Shown here in pieces: positions 1 through 16,657 of a DNA stretch of 64,000 nt. The notes beneath the pieces were generated by a model, which did no database searches, had not been told where the DNA came from, and saw nothing but the letters and a program-made list of their open reading frames with translations. The position numbers and the translations under genes are program-made. Positions within the stretch are counted from its first letter, which is position 1; the number at the start of each line of letters is the position of its first letter. The DNA comes from Eledone cirrhosa. Lineage: Eukaryota. Location of the stretch: the NCBI GenBank assembly GCA_964016885.1, contig OZ024742.1:232872001-232936000 (forward strand), in the 5' to 3' direction.

Positions 1-3000
1 AACGGTCATTACACCAGTTCGTGACAGTACACTAATACATAACAGTCATTACACCAGCCAGTGACAGTACTCCAATATATAACAGTCATTACATCAGTCA
101 GTGACAGTACACCAATATATAACAGTCATTACACCAGTCAGTGACAGTACACCATTACATAACAGTCATTACATCAGTCAGTGACAGTACACCAATATAT
201 AACAGTCATTACACCAGTCAGTGAGAGTACACCAATACATAACAGTCATTACACTAGTGACAGTACACCAACACATAACAGTCATGACACCAGTCAGTGA
301 CAGTACACCAGTATATAACAATCATTACACCAGTGACAGTACACCAATACATAACAGTCATTACACCAGTGACAGTACACCAATACATAACAGTCATTAC
401 ATTAGTCCGTGACAGTACACCAATACATAACAGTCATTACACCAGTGACAGTACACCAATAAATAACAGTCATTACATCAGTCAGTGAGAGTACACCAAT
501 ACATAACAGTCATTACACCAGTCAGTGACAGTACACAAAATCATAAGTCATTACATCAGTCAGTGACAGTACACCAATACATAACAGTCATTACATCAGT
601 CAGTGACAGTACACCAATACATAACAGTCATTGCATCGGTCAGTGAGAGTACACCAATACATAACAGTCATTACATCAGTCAGTGAGAGTACACCAATAC
701 ATAACAGTCATTACACCAGTCAGTGACAGTACACCAATACATAACAGTCATTACATCAGTCAGTGAGAGTACACCAATACATAACAGTCCTTACACCAGT
801 GACAGTACACCAATACATAACAGTCATTACACCAGTGACAGTACACCAATACATAACAGTCATTACATCAGTCAGTGACAGTACACCAATACATAACAGT
901 CATTACACCAGTGACAGTACACCAATACATAACAGTCATTACACCAGTGACAGTACACCAATACATAACAGTCATTACACCAGTCAGTGACAGTACACCA
1001 ATACATAACAGTCATTACATCAGTCAGTGAGAGTACACCAATACATAACAGTCCTTACACCAGTGACAGTACACCAATACATAACAGTCATTACACCAGT
1101 TAGTGACAGTACACCAATACATAACAGTCATTACACCAGTCAGTGACAGTACACCAATACATAACAGTCATTACATCAGTCAGTGAGAGTACAGCAATAC
1201 ATAACAGTCCTTACACCAGTGACAGTACACCAATACATAACAGCTATTACATCAGTCAGTGACAGTACACCAATACATAACAGTCATTACATCAGTCAGT
1301 GACAGTACACCAATACATAACAGTCATTACACCAGTGACAGTACACCAATACATAACAGTCATTATAACAGTCAGTGACAGTTCACCAATACATAATAGT
1401 CATTACACCAGTCAGTGAGAGTACACCAATACATAACAGTCATTACACCAGTGACAGGACACCAATACATAACAGTCATTACACCAGTCAGTGAGAGTAC
1501 ACCAATACATAACAGTCATTACACCAGTGACAGTACACCAATACATAACAGTCATTACACCAGTCAGTGACAGTACACCAATACATAACAGTCATTACAC
1601 CAGTTCGTGACAGTACACTAATACATAACAGTCATTACACCAGCCAGTGACAGTACTCCAATATATAACAGTCATTACATCAGTCAGTGACATTACAGCA
1701 ATATATAACAGTCATTACACCAGTCAGTGACAGTACACCAATACATAACAGTTATTACATCAGTCAGTGACAGTACACCAATATATAACAGTCATTACAC
1801 CAGTCAGTGACAGTACACCAATATATAACAGTCATTACATCAGTCAGTGACAGTACACCAATATATAACAGTCATTACACCAGTTCGTGACAGTACACTA
1901 ATACATAACAGTCATTACACCAGCCAGTGACAGTACTCCAATATATATCAGTCAGTGACAGTACACCAATATATAACAGTCTTTACATCAGTCAGTGACA
2001 GTACACCAATATATAACAGTCATTACACCAGTCAGTGACAGTACACCAATATATAACAGTCATTACATCAGTCAGTGACAGTACACCAATATATAACAGT
2101 CATTACACCAGTCAGTGACAGTACACCAATACATAACAGTCATTACACCAGTGACAGTACACCAATACATAACAGTCTTTACACCAGTGACAGTACACCA
2201 ATACATAACAGTCATTACACCAGTGACAGTACACCAATACATAACAGTCATTACACCAGTCAGTGACAGTACACCAATACATAACAGTCATTACACAAGT
2301 CAGTGACACTACACCAATACATAACAGTCATTACCTCAGTCACTGACAGTACACCAATACATAACAGTAATTACATCAGTCAGTGACAGTACACCAATAC
2401 ATCACAGTCATTACACCAGTGACAGTACACCAATACATAACAGTCATTACATCAGTCAGTGACAGTACACCAATACATAACAGTCATTACATCAGTCAGT
2501 GACAGTACACCAATACATAACAGTCATTACACCAGTCAGTGACAGTACACCAATACATAACAGTCATTACACCAGTCAGTGACAGTACACCAATACATAA
2601 CAGTCATTACATCAGTCAGTGACAGTACACCAATACATAACAGTCATTACGTCAGTCAGTGACAGTACACCAATACATAACAGTCATTACACCAGTGACA
2701 GTACACCAATACATTACAGTCATTACACCAGTGACAGTACACCAATACATAACAGTCATTACACCAGTGACAGTACACCAATACATAACAGTCATTACAC
2801 CAGTGACAGTACACCAATACATAACAGTCATTACATCAGTGACAGTACACCAATACATAACAGTCATTACACCAGCCAGTGACAGTACACCAATACATAA
2901 CAGTCATTACATCAGTCAGTGACAGTACACCAATACATAACAGTCATTACACCAGTGACAGTACACCAATACATAACAGTCATTACACCAGTGACAGTAC

Positions 3001-6000
3001 ACCAATACATAACAGTCATTACACCAGTGACAGTACACCAATACATAACAGTCATTACATCAGTCAGTGACAGTACAGCAATACATAACAGTCATTACAC
3101 CAGTGACAGTACACCAATACATAACAGTCATTACACCAGTCAGTGACAGTACACCAATACATCACAGTCATTACACCAGTGACAGTACACCAATACATAA
3201 CAGTCATTACATCAGTCAGTGACAGTACACCAATACATAACAGTCATTACATCAGTCAGTGACAGTACACCAATACATAACAGTCATTGCACCAGTCAGT
3301 GACAGTACACCAATACATAACAGTCATTACACCAATCAGTGACAGTACACCAATACATAACAGTCATTACACCAATCAGTGACAGTACACCAATACATAA
3401 CAGTCATTACATCAGTTAGTGACAGTACACCAATACATAGCAGTCATTACACCAGTGACAGTACACCAATACGTAACAGTCATTACACCAGTGACAGTAC
3501 ACCAATACATAACAGTCATTACATCAGTCAGTGACAGTACACCAATACATAACAGTCATTACACCAGTGACAGTACACCAATACATAACAGTCATTACAC
3601 CAGTCAGTGACAGTACACCAATACATAACAGTCATTACACCAGTCAGTGACAGTACACCAATACATAACAGTCATTACACCAGTGACAGTACACCAATAC
3701 ATAACAGTCATTACACAGGTGACAGTACACCAATACATAACAGTCATTACATCAGTCAGTGACAGTACACCAATACATAACAGTCATTACATCAGTCTGT
3801 GACAGTACACCAATACATAACAGTCATTACACCAGTGACAGTACACCAATACATAACAGTCATTACACCAGTCAGTGACAGTACACCAATACATAACAGT
3901 CATTGCATCAGTCAGTGAGAGTACACCAATACATAACAGTCATTACACCAGTCAGTGACAGTACACCAATACATAACAGTCATTACACCAATCAGTGACA
4001 GTACACCAATACATAACAGTCATTACATCAGTGACAGTACACCAATACATAACAGTCATTACACCAGTCAGTGACAGTACACCAATACATAACAGTCATT
4101 ACATCAGTCAGTGACAGTACACCAATACATAACAGTCATTACACCAGTGACAGTACACCAATACATAACAGTCATTACACCAGTCAGTGACAGTACACCA
4201 ATACATAACAGTCATTACACCAGTGACAGTACACCAATACATAACAGTCATTACACCAGTCAGTGACAGTACACCAATACATAACAGTCATTACAGCAGT
4301 CAGTGACAGTACACCAATACATAACAGTCATTACATCAGTGACAGTACACCAATACATAACAGTCATTACACCAGTCAGTGACAGTACACCAATACATAA
4401 CAGTCATTACATCAGTCAGTGACAGTACACCAATACATAACAGTCATTACAGCAGTGACAGTACACCAATACATAACAGTCATTACACCAGTCAGTGACA
4501 GTACACCAATACATAACAGTCATTACACCAGTCAGTGACAGTACACCAATACATAACAGTCATTACACCAGTCAGTGACAGTACACCAATACATAACAGT
4601 CATTACATCAGTGACAGTACACCAATACATAACAGTCATTACACCAGTCAGTGACAGTACACCAATACATAACAGTCATTACACCAGTGACAGTACAGCA
4701 ATACATAACAGTCATTACATCAGTCAGTGACAGTACACCAATACATAACAGTCATTACACCAGTGACAGTACACCAATACATAACAGTCATTACATCAGT
4801 CAGTGAGAGTACACCAATACGTAACAGTCATTACACCAGTGACAGTACACCAATACATAACAGTCATTACATCAGTCAGTGACAGTACACCAATACATAA
4901 CAGTCATTACACCAGTGACAGTACACCAATACATAACAGTCATTACACCAGTGACAGTACACCAATACATAACAGTCATTACATCAGTCAGTCAGAGTAC
5001 ACCAATACATAACAGTCATTACACCAGTCAGTGACAGTACACCAATACATAACAGTCATCACACCAGTCAGTGAGAGTACACCAATACATAACAGTCATT
5101 ACACCAGTCAGTGACAGTACACCAATACATAACAGTCATTACACCAGTCAGTGACACTACACCAATACATAACAGTCTTTACACCAGTCAGTGAGAGTAC
5201 ACCAATACATAACAGTCATTACACCAGTGAGAGTACACCAATACATAACAGTCATTACACCAGTCAGTGAGAGTACACCAATACATAACAGTCATTACAC
5301 CAGTCAGTGAGAGTACACCAATACATAACAGTCATTACACCAGTCACTGACAGTACACCAATACATAACAGTCATTGCATCAGTCAGTGAGAGTACGCCA
5401 ATACATAACAGTCATTACACCAGTCAGTGACAGTACACCAATACATAACAGTCATTACATCAGTAAGTGACAGTACACCAATACATAACAGTCATTACAC
5501 CAGTCAGTGACAGTACACCAAAACATAACAGTCTTTACACCAGTCAGTGAGAGTACACCAATACATAACAGTCATTACACCAGTGACAGTACACCAATAC
5601 ATAACAGTCATTACACCAGTCAGTGAGAGTACACCAATACATAACAGACATTACACCAGTGAGAGTACACCAATACATAACAGTCATTACACCAGTCAGT
5701 GACAGTACACCAATACATAACAGTCATTACACCAGTGACAGTACACCAATACATAACAGTCATTACATCAGTCAGTGACAGTACACCAATACATAACAGT
5801 CATTACACCAGTGACAGTACACCAATACATAACAGTCATTACACCAGTGACAGTACACCAATACATAACAGTCATTACATTAGTCCGTGACAGTACACCA
5901 ATACATAACAGTCATTACATCAGTCAGTGAGAGTACACCAATACATAACAGTCATTACATCAGTCAGTGACAGTACACCAATACATAACAGTCATTACAC

Positions 6001-9000
6001 CAGTCAGTGAGAGTACACCAACACATAACAGTCATTACACCAATGACAGTACACCAATACATAACAGTCATTACATCAGGTCAGTGACAGTACACCAATA
6101 CATAACAGTCATTACACCAGTTAGTGAGAGTACACCAACACATAACAGTCATTACACCAGTGACAGTACACCAATATATAATAGTCATTACACCAGTCAG
6201 TGACAGTACACCAATACATAACCGTCTTTACACCAGTCAGTGACAGTACACCTATACATAACAGTCATTACACCAGTGACAGTACACCAATACATAACAG
6301 TCATTACACCAGTTAGAGACAGTACACCAATACATAACCGTCTTTACACCAGTCAGTGACAGTACACCAATACATAACAGTCATTACACCAGTCAGTGAC
6401 AGTACACCAATACATAACAGTCTTTACACCAGTGACAGTACACCAATACATAACAGTCATTACACCAGTCAGTGACAGTACACCAATACATAACAGTCTT
6501 TACACCAGTGACAGTACACCAATACATAACAGTCATTACACCAGTCAGTGACAGTACACCAATACATAACAGTCTTTACACCAGTGACAGTACACCAATA
6601 CATAACATTCATTACACCAGTCAGTGACAGTACACCAATACATAACAGTCTTTACACCAGTCAGTGACAGTACACCAATACATAACCGTCTTTACACCAG
6701 TCAGTGACAGTACACCAATACATAACAGTCATTACACCAGTCAGTGACAGTACACCAATACATAACAGTCATTACACCAGTCAGTGACAGTACACCAATA
6801 CATAACAGTCTTTACACCAGTGACAGTACACCAATACATAACAGTCATTACACCAGTCAGTGACAGTACACCAATACATAACAGTCTTTACACCAGTCAG
6901 TGACAGTACACCAATACATAACCGTCTTTACACCAGTCAGTGACAGTACACCAATACATAACAGTCATTACACCAGTCAGTGACAGTACACCAATACATA
7001 ACAGTCATTACACCAGTCAGTGACAGTACACCAATACATAACAGTCTTTACACCAGTGACAGTACACCAATACATAACAGTCATTACACCAGTCAGTGAC
7101 AGTACACCAATACATAACAGTCATTACACCAGTCAGTGACAGTACACCAGTCAGTGACAGTACACCAATACATAACAGTCATTACACCAGTCAGTGACAG
7201 TACACCAATACATAACAGTCATTACACCAGTCAGTGACAGTACACCAATACATAACAGTTATTACACCAGTCAGTGACAGTACACCAATACATAACAGTC
7301 ATTACACCAGTCAGTGACAGTACACCAATACATAACAGTCATTACACCAGTCAGTGACAATACACCAATACATAACAGTCATTACACCAGTCAGTGACAG
7401 TACACCAATACATAACAGTCATTACACCAGTCAGTGACAGTACACCAATACATAACCGTCTTTACACCAGTCAGTGACAGTACACCAATACATAACTGTC
7501 TTTACACCAGTCAGTGACAGTACACCAATATATAACAGTCTTTACACCAGTCAGTGACAGTACACCAATACATAACAGTCTTTACACCAGTCAGTGACAG
7601 TACACCAATACATAACCGTCTTTACACCAGTCAGTGACAGTACACCAATACATAACAGTCATTACACCAGTCAGTGACAGTACACCAATACATAACCGTC
7701 TTTACACCAGTCAGTGACAGTACACCAATACATAACAGTCTTTACACCAGTCAGTGACAGTACACCAATACATAACAGTCATTACACCAGTCAGTGACAG
7801 TACACCAATACATAACAGTCATTACACCAGTTAGTGACAGTACACCAATACATAACAGTCATTACACCAGTCAGTGACAGTACACCAATACATAACTGTC
7901 TTTACACCAGTCAGTGACAGTACACCAATATATAACAGTCTTTACACCAGTCAGTGACAGTACACCAATACATAACAGTCTTTACACCAGTCAGTGACAG
8001 TACACCAATACATAACCGTCTTTACATCAGTCAGTGACAGTACACCAATACATAACAGTCATTACACCAGTCAGTGACAGTACACCAATACATAACCGTC
8101 TTTACACCAGTCAGTGACAGTACACCAATACATAACAGTCTTTACACCAGTCAGTGACAGTACACCAATACATAACCGTCTTTACACCAGTCAGTGACAG
8201 TACACCAATACATAACAGTCATTACACCAGTCAGTGACAGTACACCAATACATAACAGTCATTACACCAGTCAGTGACAGTACACCAATACATAACAGTC
8301 ATTACACCAGTCAGTGACAGTACACCAATACATAACAGTCATTACACCAGTCAGTGACAGTACACCAATACATAACAGTCATTACACCAGTGACAGTACA
8401 CCAATACATAACAGTCATTACACCAGTCAGTGACAGTACACCAATACATAACAGTCATTACACCAGTCAGTGACAGTACACCAATACATAACAGTCATTA
8501 CATCAGTCAGTGAGAGTACACCAATACATAACAGTCATTACATCAGCCAGTGACAGTACACCAATACATAACAGTCATTACACCAGTCAGTGACAGTACA
8601 CCAATACATAACAGTCATTACACCAGTCAGTGACAGTACACCAATACATAACAGTCATTACATCAGTTAGTGAGAGTACACCAATACATAACTGTCTTTA
8701 CACCAGTGACAGTACACCAATACATAACAGTCATTACACCAGTCAGTGACAGTACACCAATACATAACAGTCATTACACCAGTCAGTGACAGTACACCAA
8801 TACATAACCGTCTTTACATCAGTCAGTGACAGTACACCAATACATAACAGTCATTACATCAGTCAGTGAGAGTACACCAATACATAACAGTCTTTACACC
8901 AGTGACAGTACACCAATACATAACAGTCATTACACCAGTCAGTGACAGTACACCAATACATAACAGTCATTACACCAGTCAGTGACAGTAAACCAATACA

Positions 9001-11862
9001 TAACCGTCTTTACATCAGTCAGTGACAGTACACCAATACATAACAGTCATTACATCAGTCAGTGAGAGTACACCAATACATAACAGTCATTACACCAGTC
9101 AGTGACAGTACACCAATACATAACAGTCATTACATCAGTCAGTGAGAGTACACCAATACATAACAGTCATTACACCAGTCAGTGACAGTACACCAATACA
9201 TAACAGTCGTTACATCAGTCAGTGACAGTACACCAATACATAACAGTCATTACACCAGTGAGAGTACACCAATACATAACAGTCATTACACCAGTCAGTG
9301 ACAGTACACCAATACATAACCGTCTTTACACCAGTCAGTGACAGTAAACCAATACATAACAGTCTTTACATCAGTCAGTGAGAGTACACCAATACATAAC
9401 AGTCATTACATCAGTCAGTGACAGTACACCAATACATAACAGTCATTACACCAGTCAGTGACAGTACACCAATACATAACAGTCATTACACCAGTCAGTG
9501 ACAGTACACCAATACATAACAGTCATTACACCAGTCAGTGACAGTACACCAATACATAACAGTCATTACACCAGTCAGTGACAGTACACCAATACATAAC
9601 CGTCTTTACACCAGTCAGTGACAGTACACCAATACATAACAGTCTTTGCACCAGTCAGTGACAGTACACCAATATATAACAGTCATTACACCAGTCAGTG
9701 ACAGTACACCAATACATAACCGTCTTTACACCAGTCAGTGACAGTACACCAATACATAACAGTCTTTACACCAGTCAGTGACAGTACACCAATACATAAC
9801 CGTCTTTACACCAGTCAGTGACAGTACACCAATATATAACAGTCATTACACCAGTCAGTGACAGTACACCAATACATAACCGTCTTTACACCAGTCAGTG
9901 ACAGTACACCAATACATAACAGTCATTACACCAGTCAGTGACAGTACACCAATACATAACAGTCATTACACCAGTGACAGTACACCAATACATAACAGTC
10001 ATTACACCAGTCAGTGACAGTACACCAATACATAACAGTCATTACACCAGTCAGTGACAGTACACCAATACATAACAGTCATTACATCAGTCAGTGAGAA
10101 TACACCAATACATAACAGTCATTACACCAGTCAGTGACAGTACACCAATACATAACCGTCTTTACATCAGTCAGTGACAGTACACCAATACATAACAGTC
10201 ATTACATCAGTCAGTGAGAGTACACCAATACATAACAGTCTTTACACCAGTGACAGTACACCAATACATAACAGTCATTACACCAGTCAGTGACAGTACA
10301 CCAATACATAACAGTCATTACACCAGTCAGTGACAGTACACCAATACATAACAGTCATTACACCAGTCAGTGACAGTACACCAATACATAACAGTCATTA
10401 CATCAGTCAGTGAGAGTACACCAATACATAACAGTCATTACACCAGTCAGTGACAGTACACCAATACATAACAATCATTACATCAGTCAGTGAGAGTACA
10501 CCAATACATAACAGTCATTACACCAGTCAGTGACAGTACACCAATACATAACAGTCGTTACATCAGTCAGTGACAGTACACCAATACATAACCGTCTTTA
10601 CACCAGTCAGTGACAGTACACCAATACATAACAGTCATTACACCAGTCAGTGACAGTACACCAATACATAACAGTCATTACACCAGTCAGTGACAGTACA
10701 CCAATACATAACAGTCATTACACCAGTCAGTGACAGTACACCAATACATAACAGTCATTACACCAGTCAGTGACAGTACACCAATACATAACAGTCATTA
10801 CATCAGTCAGTGAGAGTACACCAATACATAACAGTCATTACACCAGTCAGTGACAGTACACCAATACATAACAATCATTACATCAGTCAGTGAGAGTACA
10901 CCAATACATAACAGTCATTACACCAGTCAGTGACAGTACACCAATACATAACAGTCGTTACATCAGTCAGTGACAGTACACCAATACATAACCGTCTTTA
11001 CACCAGTCAGTGACAGTAAACCAATACATAACAGTCTTTACATCAGTCAGTGAGAGTACACCAATACATAACAGTCATTACATCAGTCAGTGACAGTACA
11101 CCAATACATAACAGTCATTACACCAGTCAGTGACAGTACACCAATACATAACAGTCATTACACCAGTGACAGTACACCAATACATAACCGTCTTTACACC
11201 AGTCAGTGACAGTACACCAATACATAACAGTCATTACATCAGTCAGTGACAGTACACCAATACATAACCGTCTTTACACCAGTCAGTGACAGTACACTAA
11301 TACATAACAGTCATTACACCAGTCAGTGACAGTACACCAATACATTACAGTCATTACATCAGTCAGTGACAGTACACTAATACATAACAGTCATTACACC
11401 AGTCAGTGACAGTACACCAATACATAACAGTCATTACACCAGTCAGTGACAGTACACCAATACATAACCGTCTTTACACCAGTCAGTGACAGTAAACCAA
11501 TACATAACAGTCATTACACCAGTCAGTGACAGTACACCAATACATAACAGTCATTACATCAGTCAGTGACAGTACACTAATACATAACAGTCATTACACC
11601 AGTCAGTGACAGTACACCAATACATAACAGTCATTACACCAGTCAGTGACAGTACACCAATACATAACCGTCTTTACACCAGTCAGTGACAGTACACCAA
11701 TACATAACCGTCTTTACACCAGTCAGTGACAGTACACCAATACATAACAGTCTTTACATCAGTCATTACACCAGTCAGTGACAGTACACCAATACATAAC
11801 CGTCTTTACACCAGTCAGTGACAGTAAACCAATACATTACAGTCTTTACATTCAGTCATTAC
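1..11862. repeat. Tandem minisatellite/satellite array, 40-bp unit CAGTCAGTGACAGTACACCAATACATAACAGTCATTACAC with 36-bp variant lacking one CAGT; runs off the left edge
   Basis: About 300 near-identical head-to-tail units are directly visible; ORFs here are just translations of the repeat. Confidence 0.99.
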
Positions 11863-14800
11863 GTAATAATAATTTTGGCATGAACACAATCTTGGTAAAA
11901 AAAAATGGCCAACATCTTTGAATAAATGTAAAAAAGCGTATTTTTTACATGATCATAGTAGTTATCAAGCTGCGTACAAGCTGATAAATAACATAAAGTT
12001 AAATATAATGTTCTACTCCAAGCCATCAGGCTCATAAGACTCGTGCTTATACCCGGTTTCATTTTTCATCGGCGTTAAGCAACTCAGAGTACAAGAATTA
12101 TACCTAACCAGACGCCAATCCATTGCACTGTTAACTTGAAATGACGTATTTTGTTCAAGAACACAATGCGTCACCTGGTTCAGGAATGGAACCAACCCTA
12201 TTGTGTTCGTAAGTTGATCCACGCGACTTCCTTCCTTTTTTTTCTTCACATGTCGAGTGTTATTATATTATATGTAATGTTACCTATAGCAGGTCGTTTG
12301 AACTATTGAGAGGAATTTTAGTGGAATTTTAGTTTAATTGAATCCAGCCTAAACCAATTCTACATAGAGTGAGAAGTGATCAATAGATTTCTTAAGCACG
12401 TAGAAATGAGTGAAAATTAGAAATAATCCAAAAGTTTACAGCATGAATTCAACAGAACTTCGTTATTTACACTAAAGGAAAGAGTGTGTTATCCGTGATA
12501 AATCAAGCTGCTAAAGAACGCCTGGTACAAATTTATGCATTAAGCTTTTGGACATTATATGCACACATTTAGCAAGCATCAAGAGTTTGGGGCATAACAC
12601 AGATCGAAACCATCGCCTCCTTTTGAAGAAAACTCGATAAAGTACAGAAAATCATCGGACAATTGCATACTATCATTAGATACAAATGAATAATGAATCC
12701 ACGAACTAGGCTATATGTTAGAATCTGTTGAGGAAATGTTAGAATATGATGAGTAGAGAAACATTAATCTCAGTCACACCTTTTTTTATCGATGTCCTTA
12801 AACTATATACGGGAGACAGTTAGACACAAAGAGACAGTTAGAGCTGGTCACAGCATTCTCACAAAACCTAGGAGATAAGTTTGATCAGGATAACTGAATG
12901 AATACTTGATCGATAAGAGAGATAAAGATGCACTCTATAAACCTCCATATTGAGGTTGAAAATGCATCACCAATATCATGTCTGCAAAGTATTAAGTTCA
13001 CACGAGACACGACATTGCAGTCAAAAACATTTACAACGCTATCTATAGGAAGGATAGTCCAGATTGTCAAACAAAAGACACACCAGAACCAGAATGTATC
13101 CCAAAAATTTAGAAATAAAGAATACTGGTGCAACAGACCAATAAAAATAGCTATCTAGGGAAACAAAATAGACTTGATATTGTTCTATAGGACGGAAAAC
13201 AAAAGGTATGTAAACATATCGTCTAAAGTTGAGGAATATCAATGGAACATCTAGCACCAAGAACATATACTGGAAACTAACATGGAACCTACAGCTCTTG
13301 TATCCAGGCCGTAGATTTTCATTCGTTGAACTGAGCTCTCTAACAACAAACTTGAAATGTAGGTGTTTTCCAAGAACATAGCAAATTGACTAACAACTTC
13401 AAAATCCACTAGATTATTGATGCAATAAAAACCTATAAAACTTTGCGAAATGGGCGAATTGGAGGAGTCGTTAGAACATCGGATAGAATGCTTTGCGAAT
13501 TCATTTCGGCTCTCTCCGCTCTCTGAATTAAAAAGAGGCCGAGGTAAACTTTGCCTTTCATCCTTTTGAGGTCAATAAAAAAGTATCAGCTCAGTATTGG
13601 GGTCGATTCTTCCTCTATATCTCTTTCTCACTTCCTCTTTAGCTTTCTCTCTATTTCGGTGGAAGAAATCAGCTGTATTCAGACCTATACCCAAGACACA
13701 TCATATATCATTATGTCGCCCCTACGACTCCATCAGGTGTTACGGACTAACACATACATACAAAGCCTTCCAAAGATTCCCCGTTTAAGTTTTTTGATAA
13801 ACGGTTCTTTCAGATATTTCTTCTAAGAGTATAGATGAAATATCTGATAGAACCGTTTATAGTTGTTGTCATTCTGGATCAACAAGGCTGACGCTGTGTC
13901 TGTTATTGAACTCCAACAATGATGTGTCGCGAGAAAGTTGCTGCCTGCACCTTCATCTTTTTTCTCCCCGGGGCTATTTATATTTATCTCAAATTTTAAA
14001 AATTACGAACGTATACAGAAACCGAAGGGCAAAGTCTTGGGTCCGGCAAACGGTTGGCCTGTATCTTTGATAGTGAAAATGATAATAAACCATTAAATAT
14101 TATGAAAATTGTAATAAACTATCATGTTTTAATCCCCAGTAACCACTAAATCATTGAATTACAATGAAAAGCAAGTATGTATAAAATAGTAGAAATACTG
14201 TTTTAGATAAATTAACAAGAGATAGGCTCCGTTAAAAATAATTAAAATGATAGAAATGTACAACAAAGTAATGTGGCTCACAACGAAATTATATAAATTT
14301 ATAATAACAATACATATATATTATAATATATAGAATTAAGATGAAATATAAAATAATTGTTTCTAATATAAAATAATGTTACTTACATTAGTTTTTTACA
14401 AGTAAAAAGGGAGTAAAATGCCCCAATACTGATCGTGCTGTTTTGTTTGACATTTTCCTATGTAAATACATCATAATGTTTTTCATTCCAAATATATTCT
14501 GTTGCTTCGACAACCCGGATATACTTGACAGTGTCTCTATGTCACATGCCTAAATAATAGAATTGACACCAGTTAGAGCTGATAATAATCAGAGGAAAAG
14601 TGTAAAAGCGGAGCTGCGAAGTAAATCCAGTCAATCGAAGCAATACAGAAAATTACGTTTTCTTTTACTGAGCTCAAATAACATTGAAGTTAATTTTGTT
14701 TAAGAGTGTTCTACAGTTTAAAAGTGTAACACTTGTAAAATATCCATTCGGAAATTGTCCAACACACACGATACAAAGTATAAAGAAAATATTTGAAGTA

Positions 14801-15084
14801 ATGTAGCCGGACACACACCGAAGATAATGTTGCGTAAACGAACTACTCTATTCGAATGATAAGAGAACATTTATACTCGAGGGAACCAATCATAGCTAAC
14901 AGCCTGCTCTAAAGGTCGACTGATAACGTTTACTTCCTACACCATACGGTGTTTTTGTTTCACACCGTTACTCACACACATTAGATTGTATTATCATCGT
15001 GATTATATATATATATAATATATAATATTTTGCTTTCAATCCTCAGAATGAAAAAATATAATATATAATATATATATATATAAT

Positions 15085-15263
15085 TGTTTCTACTTTTGGC
15101 ACAAGGCCAGAATTACCCAATGCATTACTGGTACTTTATTCTATCGACTCCGGAAGGATGAAAGGCAAAGTTAACCTCGGCGGGATTTGAACTCAGATCA
15201 TACAGGGAGGTAACTCTACGCTTCAAAGCATGGCATCCGATCCTCTACCGATACTGCCAATCC

Positions 15264-15265
<2 letters not shown>
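15085..15265 (-). mobile_element. tRNA-derived SINE (octopod-like family)
   Basis: Reverse complement of the copies at 23300, 29803 and 43915; A-box-like TGGCAGTATCGGT, B-box GTTCAAATC, central GCCTTTCATCCTT..GTCGATA. Confidence 0.9.
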
Positions 15266-15962
<697 letters not shown>

Positions 15963-15972
15963 TATATATATA

Positions 15973-16069
<97 letters not shown>

Positions 16070-16181
16070 ATTCTCTTCTCGAATGGGCCATGGTGCCCAA
16101 ATCCTGAATTGAAAGACTTCGCCAGGTGGTGCTATTAAGTTAGACATGTCCTGGGCCAATACTGGCCAAAACATTTCAAAG

Positions 16182-16267
<86 letters not shown>

Positions 16268-16420
16268 GTGATAATAATAAAATTGAAGACTAAAATCCAA
16301 AGAGGGCTCGATAAGGAAAATATATATCAGATATATAAGAACCGAAGAGCAAATATTGATAAAAATAACAGATTAAAGTTAAGCAGCGATTCTTTGCTTA
16401 AACTTTAATCTGTTATTTTA

Positions 16421-16488
<68 letters not shown>

Positions 16489-16619
16489 GGAAAAAATGAA
16501 ACCAAATATATATATATATTAGAAAGTGAGGGTTTTTTTTACAAAATGAAAAATAACCGAGGTGTCCTACACGAGTGAAAGTATAAAGAAAAAGAGATGA
16601 AATCGAAAATGCAATGGTT

Positions 16620-16657
16620 CCTTTATCGGTTTCGCAGTTCTTTTGCTTTTCAAAAGG
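16620..16657 (-). ncRNA. Minimal hammerhead motif, U3-A8 core variant
   Basis: Minus strand cctt-TTGAAAA-gca(aaagaac)tgc-GAAA-ccga-TA-aagg. Confidence 0.65.

Noticed and set aside
221-6203. Repetitive ORFs (TVHQYITVITP / SDSTPIHNSHY) in the array
   Set aside because: They arise wherever 36-bp units run in frame; 40-bp units break the frame, so there is no coding constraint
1-11862. CRISPR array (36-40-bp periodicity)
   Set aside because: No unique spacers, no cas genes, eukaryotic context
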